A stretch of DNA of 64,000 nucleotides from Mytilus edulis (taxonomy: Eukaryota): positions 68,324,001-68,388,000 of the forward strand of contig NC_092346.1 of the NCBI RefSeq assembly GCF_963676685.1, read 5' to 3'. Under the pieces are notes generated by a model, which saw only the letters and a list, made by a program, of their open reading frames with translations, was not told the DNA's origin and made no database searches. A program made the translations under genes and the position numbers. Shown here one piece after another: positions 13,001 to 25,000 of the stretch (position 1 is the first letter of the stretch; every line of letters starts with the position of its first letter).

Positions 13001-16000
13001 ACCCAAACAAAAGGTTTAAATCATGCATGTCATAAAAATAAATTTTGATCTTAAAAATTACCTCAACTAATTAATTATTCTACTTTTTTTTTATATTTCC
13101 TTAAACATTATAATTAACTATATGCTAAAATATTTTTTTTAAGAGTAAAAACAAAAAAGCTAACCCTAGTCAGTAAGAAAGCTAAATTTTTGAAAAACAA
13201 TTAGTTATGAATAAGTGATTATTGCAATATTAATACAAGGACATCTTTCATTTATGTTGAAAGTCAAAATTTCAAGATTTTTTAAATATTTCTAATCTTC
13301 ATCATGAGATTTGATCTATAAAAAAAACCAGCTATTAACTTATGATTTAGAAACAATGCTTTGAATGATGCATTTGGTAAAGGTCTTAATTTCCACTATA
13401 CAAATGTTGAGCAATATAATTGTGTTTTACTCATGTTATTTTTTGTTGAAATGTTGAAGTATGTAATTGACAGTAATCGAAAAGTAATGTAATTACTTTT
13501 GATAAAGTAATCGATTGTAAATCGATTGTAATCGATTACATACTAAAATTTAAGTAATCGATTATTTCATGTTATCGATTATTAATCGATTACATTTGTC
13601 AGTAATCGTGCCCATCCCTGTTCAACTCCATCAAAAACTACCTTGACCGAAAGCTTTAACCTGAAACTGGCATTTTATCATTTTCTATGTTCAGTGGACC
13701 GTAAAATTGGGGTAAAAACTCTTATTTGGCATTAAAATAAGAAAGATCATATCATAGGGAACATGTGTACTAAGTTTCAAGTTTATTGGACTTCAACTTC
13801 ATCAAAAACTACCTTGACCAAAAACTTTAACCTGAAGCGGGACAGACAGACAGACGATGGAATGAACAGACGAGCGGACACACAGACCAGAAAACATAAT
13901 ACCCCTCTATTATCGTAGGTGGGGCATAAAAAAAATAAGGTTTCCCAAGCTTTTTTGCAAAATTGATGTTATTTGAGTACACAGTGCAATTCAGGTACAT
14001 TGAAGTTAAACAGGCAATTCAGGTGTAAGTAAAAATAAAACTAAATATAAATTAGGTTAATAAATACCCAATGAATTGTCAGCCCTCCCATCACTTTTTG
14101 ATCTTCCCCTTACTGTGATGTTGGTACTGGCTTCTAAGATTGGCAGGGGAGATTCTCCATTCTCAAAGTCTGGACCATTATGTGAAAATAACTCCTTTGA
14201 ACAATGCATTGGTTGATGCTGACCCATTTCATGAGTTGTTTTATGTTCTGTTTGTGTAACACGTTCGGATATCTTTACAGTACTTCCTCTGAGAGGTGGT
14301 CTCACCTCAGAAGAAAAGTCTCTGGATGTCACAAACATTTTACCACTAGGAGTTCGTGTTTGTAAGCCCAAGCTCTTACATGCATTTTTGTCCATTCTTT
14401 CTATCATATCTGTTAAATTTAGATTGCCACCATTAAAGTCATTGTTAAAATTCTCTGCATTTTTCTTAACACTCTCTAGTTGTGCTTTATACTTAAAAAA
14501 GAAACCATCAGTTATATCTGGACTGGCACTTTCTCTTCTATTTTCAGTGTTATCTGAATTTTTATCATTTTCTCCATTCATATCCTTTCTCATTTTGTCA
14601 ATCAAACTTGATATTCCTCCTTTTTTCTTATTTTTCCCAACATTTTTGTAGTTTTCAATCTCACTGGTTAAATTTACCTCAGGCTCTAACATATTCAAAC
14701 CAGGTGAATGATTTTGACTAATTACTTCTATGTCTTGATGATATTTATTTTTAACAATGTCATTTTCTGTTAACGATTCTAACCTCTCTGCACCTGTATT
14801 TGTATATACCATTTCTTCACCATCTTTGAATTGCTCTGTCTTGTTTTGGGTTGTATCAGAGTCTGCTTCCGACAACCTTTTAATGACATCTGGCTGATTA
14901 GTATCTTTATCTTCACTATCAGGAGAACTACTAAGACCAACCTCTAATTTTCCTGTCATTGCTTGAGTTTGTTCCATATCATTATTATCTTTAAACAGCA
15001 ATGTTTTATCCTTGGAAAGATGAGAACCCAACTCTAATTTTCCTGTCAATGCTTGAGTTTGATCCATTTCATTATTATCTTTAAACAGCAATGTTTTATC
15101 CTTCAAAAGATGAGAACCCATCTCTAATTTTCCTGTCAATGCTCGAGTTTGTTCCATTTCATTATTATCTTTAAACAGCAATGTTTTATCCTTCAAAAGA
15201 TGAGAACCCATCTCTAATTTTCCTGTGAATGCTTGAGTTTGTTCCATTTCATTATTATCTTTGAACAGCAATGTTTTATCCTTAGAAAGATGAGAACCCA
15301 TCTCTAATTTTCCTGTCAATGCTCGAGTTTGTTCCATTTCATTATTATCTTTAAACAGCAATGTTTTATCCTTCAAAAGATGAGAACCCATCTCTAATTT
15401 TCCTGTCAATGCTTGAGTTTGTTCCATTTCATTATCATCAGGAAAAATCACTGTTTTATTTTTCAGTCCCTCACTTAAATGCATTGATTTAGAACTCTGG
15501 CTCTTGGAATCTAGTTTGATTGTTGTATTTATTGGTCTGGTTTGCTCCATCTGATTTTCTTCATTAAATACTATGGTATTGTTCCCCACAGTGGGCGATT
15601 TATAATTTCTATTTACCACATCTCCATCAGCTTGATCCAATATGGTATTTCCTGTTGTAAGTGATGTTGTTTTAACACAAGACAGATATTCAACTTTAGA
15701 TGTCAATGCACAGGTTTCTTCCATTCCATTGTTTTCTGTAAAGATGGTAGTTTTATTTTCTTTAACATATGACAGCTCGCTCAACTTTGATGTGACTGTG
15801 CATGTTTCTTCCATATAGTTTGTTTCATTGAATATTTTTGTTCTATTCTCTCTTTCTTGCTCTTTATCTGATTTTGTGATAATATCAATTTTGCCTGCAA
15901 CAGTTCGCGTTTCTTCCATATCATTACTTTCATGGTACAACACTGTTTTATTGTCAAAGCTGACACCTCTTGATATATCTATATTTTTTGCCCTGTTGGG

Positions 16001-19000
16001 TAATTCAATTTTTTGTGCAAGTACATTTGTTTCTTCCATACTATTATCTGATATCTTTGTGTCTTCCTGTTTATTTGATTTACTCAGAACAGGAAGTTCT
16101 ATTTTGTTTGTAAACACAGTTGTCTGTTCCATATCATTGCCATCTGGGAACAAACACGTTTTGTTCTTTTTATCAGTACCAAACGACTTTCGACATCCCA
16201 CAGGATTGATACTAGTTAGTACATTAGTTTCTTCCATGTCATCATTCTTATACAAAACAGTTTTATTTTTTTCAAGAAGTTTACTTGAATGTACAAGATC
16301 AATTTTACCTGTAATAAGACCAGTTTCTTCCATTAAACTATTATCAGACAAAGTGGCTTTGGCTGTGCCAATAGTCTTGAGACATTCATTATAATTCAGT
16401 TTTCCTGTTAACATTTCAGTCTGTTCCATATCAAGTCCCCTGTCAAATATCTGGGTCTTTTCTGTCTCATCCTTAGCCATAATGTTTTCATTCCGCTTCA
16501 CACTATCAAAGAGAAATGTATTTTTCGATTTCTGATTAGGCAGTGCATCAAAATTGATTTGGCTTCGTATAACCTCAGTGTCCTCCATATTGTTATCCTC
16601 CCCAAAAAACACTGTATGGTTGCCCATCTCATTGCCCTGCCCAAAAAACATTTTGTTGCTTCTTTCTGATGTCATCTTTGATTTCAAGAAGCTAGGTACT
16701 TTGACAGACTCTGAAAACAATGGTTCACTATTTTGAATACATTTTGTGAGAACCTCAGTCTCTTCCATGTCATTGCCATCAAACACAATTGTCCTTTCTT
16801 CATATTTATCTAGAGGTGACTCAGATGCTTTGAAGGTCAACTGTTTTAAGAATGATAATCCATCAACTTTAGAAACTGGTCTATCAGCCTCATCCAGTGG
16901 ATTAAATGATTCTGATGTTATAGGTGTAAATGCTGATCTGTCGCTGATACTGGTGAGAGGTTTGCGTGATGTGACATTCGTGGTGAATGTTACAGAGGCT
17001 CCTGCTATTGTTGTCACACTCGTACTTAACGCTGTGTACTTGTTTATTGAAGTATTAATCAATGTATGGAAATCTGATTCTTGTTCCACTTTATACATGT
17101 TGTTGCTGTCAGGACTGGAAAACTTCTTTTCTGGTAAAAATAGCTTCTCTGAAATACTATTAAAGAAAAAAAACATATTTCAGTGCAATGTACATCTGAT
17201 TGGACATAAAAAAAAAAGCAAAATGTTCATTTCAAGGATAGCTTTCACCATTTAAAATTAATGTTGCATGAAACGAAACAGAACATACTGATAGTTTACA
17301 CAAATAAATACGGTTTACTTTTATAACAGTTGACTGATAAGTTTAAATATATATCTGTACAAATGTACCATTTTAATGGTGCAGCAGATAACTTGATCTT
17401 ATCACTTTCCAATTATTTTCATAATCTCTGTCAATGCTTTGTCTCAATTGTTTAACTATTGACTGATGTATGAGGTTATCTTAAAGAAGTGATTAAAAAT
17501 AAAATTATGATTAAGATTATGTATGTCAGGGATTAACTAAATCCTCCATATTGTTTTTGTCTAGGTTTTTTTTGTTGGTTTTCTGCAACTGTATTGTTCT
17601 TTTAACATACAGATTGCGTCAAACTCAGCCTTTGTATCTTATTGTTCACATGTTTTAGCTTTGTGTAATATTTATTGCATTGTATTTCTACCAGAAAATT
17701 CAGTTTTCACACTTTTGTCTGCTCAAATTTTAACATTTAAAGTTTTAGCGCCACTAATTATTTTATATGTGTATATTTACTTTTCCAAAACAGGTTTTCC
17801 TATGCTTGTTAGAAATGATTTGGCATCCAAATTATTAATGGAAAAAGATGCACCATAGTTGTCACCAAAGTCATCAACAAGAGGTTTTTCTACATTTGAC
17901 TTTGACTTTTCAAAACAGTCTGTCATGTCCATATCATCAATTTGCAATATTGTGTGATTGGGACCACTCTGTATGAATGGAACATTCTCGTCTGATAACG
18001 GCAATTCTGATTCCTGTTAATGTAGAAAGATAGAAATAACAAGTGAAACTGCGAGCTACTGCTCACTGATGATACCCCTGCCGCAAGTGGATAATATTAA
18101 TAGTGTAAAAATATGCAAGTGTTCGGTAAACAGGAAGTTGTCGAGTGATGAATCTGAAAACGCATCACACGGTATAGCTGACTTATATAAATCCTGAAAC
18201 CAAATTTCAGAAATCCTTGTATTGTAGTTCCTGAGAAAAATGTGACGAAAATTTTCAACTTGGCTATCATGTGTAAAATCATACAAGTGTTCGGTAAACA
18301 GGAAGTTGTCAAGTGATCAATCTGAAAACGCATCACACGGTATAGCTGACTTAGATAAACCCTGAAACCAAATTTCAGAAATCCTTGTATTGTAGTTCCT
18401 GAGAAAAATGCGACGAAAGTTTCATGGGACGGACTGACTGACGGACGGACGGACGGACGGACTGACAGACAGAGGTAAAACAGTATACCCCCCCTTTTTT
18501 AAAGCGGGGTATAATGATCAATAAGTAAATGTCAACTGTACCCAGCCATAAAATTCAAAAACAATAACAAAAAGAAAATGAAGCATAAAATGTAGGTCAT
18601 GTAGGTAAGAGTTAGAAAAAGTAGAGGCTCTAAAGAGCCTGTGTTGCTCACCTTGGTCTATGTGCATATCATAAACGAATAAAAATTTACAAAATTTATG
18701 AAAATTGTTAACAAGAGGCTGTCACAACGACAGCAAACCGGATTTATTAAAATTTATTTGTGTCCTGGCAATATCACAAAAACCATTACTGATGAATGGT
18801 GAAAGTGAAAATCGTCAATATCAAATTTGACCTCCATTTTGTCATCAGTATCAACATATTAAAATTTGAAAAGCTTAGATTGAATGGTTCATGAGTAAAT
18901 GCAACAACGTGAATGGAAACGCCATTTTACGATCTTTCAAGAACCATAACTCCTGAACGATAAAAGTCAAAATCATCATTATTGAACTTGACCTCTATTT

Positions 19001-22000
19001 TGTCATCAGTAACAACATATTAAAATTTCAGAAGCTTTGGTTGAATGGTTCATGCATAAATGCATGGACACGACTGGAAACTCCATTTTTCAATCTTTCA
19101 AGAACCATAACTCTTGAACGGTAAAAGTCAAAATCGTCATTATTGATCTTGACCTCCATTCTGTCATCAGTAACAACATATTAAAATTTGGGAAGCTTTG
19201 GTAGAACAGTTCATGCATAAATGCACGGACACGACTGGAAACTGCATTTTTCAATCTTTCAAGAACCATAACTCCTGAACGGTAAAAGTCAAAATCGCCA
19301 TTATTGAACTTGACCTTCGTATAGTTGTCAGTAAAAACATATTAAAATTTTAAAAGCTTTGGTTGAACGGTTCATGAGTTAATGCACGGACAACATTTGA
19401 TTGCCGCCCGCCCGCCGTACATCCCCAAATCAATAACCTACATTTTTGTCACAAAAATCCGGTTAAAAATTGATTATAAAGGGCAATAACTCCTTAAGGG
19501 GTTAATTGATCATTTTGCTGTACATTATTGCTGTTTACAGTTTATCTCTATATATCATATACATTGTATATCAACATGCTATCAGCAAGCAAGACTCTTG
19601 TCATGGGATTGGACCCACCAAGACCTTGCTGAAAGAGGACCCTCAAACCTGAAACCATTAATTCCAAAACGAAAATGGGTTTTACACATAATTAAGAAAA
19701 ATAATTGAAGTTTGTTCAGTTTGTTCAGTTAATTCAACTTGACAGTGACTTCTTCCCTATCATAGGCACACTTTTCAAGTCCTGCTTGAAGAAATAACTT
19801 GGAAATAACTATTCAAACTCAAAGATGCATATCAAAAGGTTAACAGATTTCATGTTACTTGCCTTGTCACAGGCAGTTCAACATCTAATATTAGAAATCT
19901 GTTTATAAACAAACGTCAACTTTCTTATCAGGATTATTCCAGTAATAAGAAGTAAAGTGTAAAGCATGCGCGTAGCTACGTTTACGTCAAAACGCCCGGG
20001 CGTACACTTGAATTTGGCAAAAAAAATAAAATCATCTCAATAAAATTAAAAGAATTAAATAATAGTACATCAACCTTCTATGTCTTTCTTTAATGGCTTG
20101 TAATTGCAAATAAAAGAGACAAACATTTTTATCATATGATATTTTTGTTCATTTTCTGTCAAAGTCTTAATATACCTTGAATTCTATACTCACTTTTCTT
20201 TTCTTTTTTTAAAGCAATTCATTAAGTGCTAAGATTTGATATGCGGTTTTCATTTTTTGTCGAGCCATTGCCATTTATGTTGCAAAAGCGAGACATTTCG
20301 ATCCTAAATTTCGCCAGCGGTGACAATATTATAACTATGTACATTTAGGTTCAGTATGTTGTTAAAGTTTTAAAATATTCGTCAGAGTATAATGACGAAA
20401 TTATATATGATGAGTTTTCCCGTAATTTATGGATAAAAGGAATTTCATTTTGCATTTACAGTCTGAGGTTAAAATGTGTTACATGTCAATTACTTTGTTA
20501 AACATTCGTCGAATTTAATGAAACTTTATTGAAGATTTTTTTATGGTTAATTTTTAAGGTAACACGATACCGAATGACTGATAAATTATTTTTCGCTTAG
20601 AGAAATCCAAGGCGAGAACCAGGGTTCCATAGAGAACCCTTTACAAATTTTAATATTTCACCTGAACAACTCATTTACGACATTTGCACATGAAAATGTG
20701 TTTTCGTTGATTGAGTGCTTTACCCCACGGCCCCCTAAGGCTTTAATCATATTTGAAAGTAACTGGTATAAGCCAATGACCGTCATTAAACTCCAAATAA
20801 ACACAATAAATAGATAAAACATCAAAAAGAAACAATTTTTAATCTAAAGAATGTTGTTATTGATGAGTTTTCATTGACAGGAATGGTAATATGTCATTCT
20901 CGATAACGCATAAACTTCCGGAGGCTTCACCCCTGCTAATCTACTACCAACAGGTTCTTTGGCCTGGATCCGCTTGAGCCTTCAGGCCCCTCAACAAGGT
21001 TCGGGCGTACACGTAAAAATGACCTAGCTACACAACTGTAAAGGTAGGTGAACAGATGAGGCACTGTATATGACCTATCAAATCTTATCAATTTACAAGT
21101 TACTGTCATTTCAAAGAATCCATATTAAAAGTATGAATTGATCCTTTTCATGTCAAAGCCATATTCCTTTAATTTTACAATAATAACTTTGATATAAAAT
21201 AAAATTGAGAATGGAAATGGGGAATGTGCCAAAGAGACAACAACCCGACCATAGAAAAACAAGAATGTGTCCTCAGTACACGAATGCCCCACTCGCACTA
21301 TCATTTTCTATGTTCAGTGGACCGTGAAATTGGGGTAAAATCTCTAATTTGGCATTAAAATTAGAAAGATCATATCATAGGGAACATGTGTACCAAGTTT
21401 GAAGTCGATTGGACTTCAACTTCATCAAAAACTACCTCGACCAAAACTTTAACCTGAAGAGGGACAGACGGACGAACGAACGGACGGACGAACGAACAGA
21501 CGGACGAACGGACGGACGAACGAACGGACGCACAGACCAAAAAACATAATGCCCCTCTACTATCGTAGGTGGGGCATAAAAACAACAGCAGAAGGTCACC
21601 AACAGGTCTTCAATGTAGCGAGAAATTCCAGCACCCGGAGGCGTCCTTCAACTGGCCCCTAAACAAATATATACTAGTTCAGTGATAATGAACGCCATAC
21701 TAATTTCCAAATTATACACAAGAAACTAGCCTATATTTAACAAGTGTAGACATTAAAATTAGATTGAACAAGAATGTGTCCATAGTACACGGATGCCCCA
21801 CTCGCACTATCATTTTCTATGTTCAGTGGACCGTGAAATTGGGGTCAAAATTATAATTTGGAATTATAATTAGAAAGATCATATCACAGGGAACCTGTGT
21901 ACCAAGTTTCAAGTTGATGTAACTTTAACTTCATCAAAAACTACCTTGATCAAAAACTTTAACCTGAACTTCGCACTATCATTTTCTATGTTCAGTGGAC

Positions 22001-25000
22001 CATGAAATTGGGGTCAAAACTATAATTTGGCATTAAAATTAGAAAGATCATATCATGGGGAACATGTGTACTAAGTTTCAAGTTGATTGAACTTCAACTT
22101 CTTCAAAAACTACCTTGACCAAAAACTTTAACCTGAAGCGAACGGACGCACAGACGGACGAACAAACGAACGAAGGCACAGACCAGAAAACATAATGCCC
22201 CTCTACTATCGTAGGTGGGGCATAAAAAAGACATATGAAGTCCCGTTTCAGGAAAACTTCAGCTTTTTTTAAATAAATTTTCTTTCAATATCAGCGCTAT
22301 CTCTGAATCAAAACAAATCTTCTTCTTGTCACTGAATTATAAGTAAACTTACAATTTGTTCTTCAGAAGGCAAATTGTTCTGTATAGGTCCTGTTAACAA
22401 CTTATCTAAACCTAAAATACATATCATTATAATATCAAATCAAATACAAAACATTATACTATCAAATAAAATACAAATCATTATACTATCAAATAAAACA
22501 ATGAATGAATGTTTCATGCTTACAAAATACAGAAGCCCCTCTCTTAAAGCATTCAATCATAAAGGTTTTTTTTAACATACTTTGTCTTTCTTGAAACATT
22601 TATTAATGCATTATGGACATTTTGGAATTATAATAATCAGTCAGGGATATAACTCTATAGGATTATTACAGGAAATAACTTGCATGTGTTATTACAGATA
22701 CTTTCATGAGGTGTCTACTCTTTATTCCTTAAATTTTCTAAATCTGTAATAACATATGTTTGTTATTTGTAAAATATTTTAATCTATAGTGGGCTCTAGG
22801 GAACTCTTAAGACTTTGCACAGAAACTAAATGCATAGCCTTGATAACTAATTTTTAAATTAGATTAATACATTTTTGATTAACCATGGTAAATCAATGAG
22901 ACAAGGCTTTTTAGAGATAGACTTAGCTGTAATAAGAAGGCTTAGTTATTAAAGGAATGTAACCTATTATATGAGACACTTGGGGATTACTGGGAAGCTT
23001 GCACAGAACCTCATTACATGCTCTGGTCATTATTTCTTACAATGAATTAAAATAAATTGTAATTAAGCATGATGTATGTCTGAGCAAATGCTTTGGAGTA
23101 GCTGTGATAACACCCTTTAGTTATTACAGGCATATTTTTTCTGTAATAACATAGGTGTACTATGCATAATTGACAAACTATAAACTGTTATATCTTTCTG
23201 TAGTTAAGTATACATAAAGACAATAGTAATATCAATTGAACTTGTATACATTTTTACTAAACTAATGATGAATATTGTCCCTTTGAAACATATAACATAC
23301 ATATGTTATCACAGACACAGTTCTTTGATTTTGTAGTCCACAGTAACAAATGTATGTTATTTTCTGTAATAACCCTTTAGAGTTATATATCTGACTGATA
23401 ATGAAATGTTTAATTGAAATTATGTTTGTATTAGTTAATCTTAACCTAAGACTGAGTGTTAATTATACAAGTAACACCATCATTGATAGGTTGGAATAGC
23501 TGTGTGAATAGCACCAACAGTTGCATATACTTCTTCATTTTGCAGACAGATAATCATTTTCATTTATGAATCACAAATTCAAGGTATCTCAATGCAAAGT
23601 CAGCTCTAGGTCTTTTGGATACAGTGCTAAACTCTGTTTGTTAAATGAATTGTGAATCCATACAAATGGATGTATAATGTATTAAAAGGTGTCATCTTTG
23701 ATTACAGTTTGTAAAATAACAAGGATGTCTATTTTAAAAGAGGTTAGCCAATATCTCTAATAAACTTTACCTTGAATTTCACTTCTGCTGGTATGCTGTG
23801 GAACATCAGGCAGTCTGAAAACATCCATTAAATATAAAACAAATTATAGGCTTTGCTAACCATGGAGACAAATACACTTAAAATGACATGTTGACAATGT
23901 GTCTACCAGATTTTTTAGTGTTTGAATATGTTAAATATTTCATACTTCTAGTGAAGAAAAGTAGCTTATATTAGATTTAAGAAAGCAAAATTTCTCTGTC
24001 TAAAAACACAGTACTGTTTTCGTGACATTCAGCTTTTTTTAAAATTTGGAATCCTTTATGGTATTGGCTTTCAAGTTAAAATCAGTGTTTTTTTGCAGTT
24101 ATGTCATTTCTAGAGTGTGTCAAGACCACACTCATTTTATTCAATAATATGGAACATGTGCCCTTTTTCTTGATTGGGCAACTAACATAAGATTGAACAG
24201 TTAAATCACAAAGGGTGTGTGGTGCATACTATTAATTTCCATTAAAACTATTGATTTCGTGGCTCTGAAATAGTGTCATGAATGTATATTGTATATTAAG
24301 AATTTGACATTAGTGATAATTCACCAGTTATTGCTGGTCTGCAATAGGGGTAATTCAAAGCTTGACATCTAGAATGGGTACTTGTTTATTATTGAGTTTT
24401 TTTACACCTAGCGTCCTTTGATCTGCATGTTTTATAGGATTACTGTATTGTTTATGTTTAATCTAGGTGAAAGGTGAGCACTTTAAGGGTAAAGATTGCT
24501 TTCATTTAGAATTTTGTGATTTTCAAAAATAAACATTAAATTGTATTTTGCTGAAGGCAAAAAACATTTTAGTTAGAGTTATCTTCCTTTGTTCATGATT
24601 GTACATTAGTAGTTGATTTTTTTTATACTTATCATGTAATTTTTAATAAAAGAATCTTTTCTTGACAAGTATGGTAATTCAAATACAAATCATACTGTAA
24701 CTTAGATATTAAAGTACACAAAATGTATAACGTATCATCAATACATTGCATAACATGACTGGATAGGATCTATTTAAACATCACTTCACTGCACTAATAT
24801 ATTTGTTTGAACTATCAAAGGCAGTGACCAACATTGGAAGATATAGATATCAAGTAAATACCATAGGATTGCAGTTCATGCAATCTTTAACCAAAAACTA
24901 GCCTCATTGAGGTTAGCTTACCTCTCAAGTTCTGGACTAGAATCATCTGAAATATAACAAAAGAGGATTTTATTTAATTTTTTAAGGTTTGACTCCTTAT

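Noticed and set aside
13470-13620. Complete hAT element ending in cccatccctg with aatcgattac repeats
   Set aside because: Only one terminus found, so boundaries and TSD could not be established; the same applies to the lone ttacggccctg end near 30787.
14388-17255. Plus-strand ORFs (14388, 15828, 16554, 16746)
   Set aside because: Antisense shadows of the large KNL1 exon.
19563-19628. Possible extra phase-0 KNL1 exon (QGLGGSNPMTRVLLADSMLIYN)
   Set aside because: Not needed for frame (22353 joins 18013 directly), weak donor, no recognisable motif; unsupported without RNA data.
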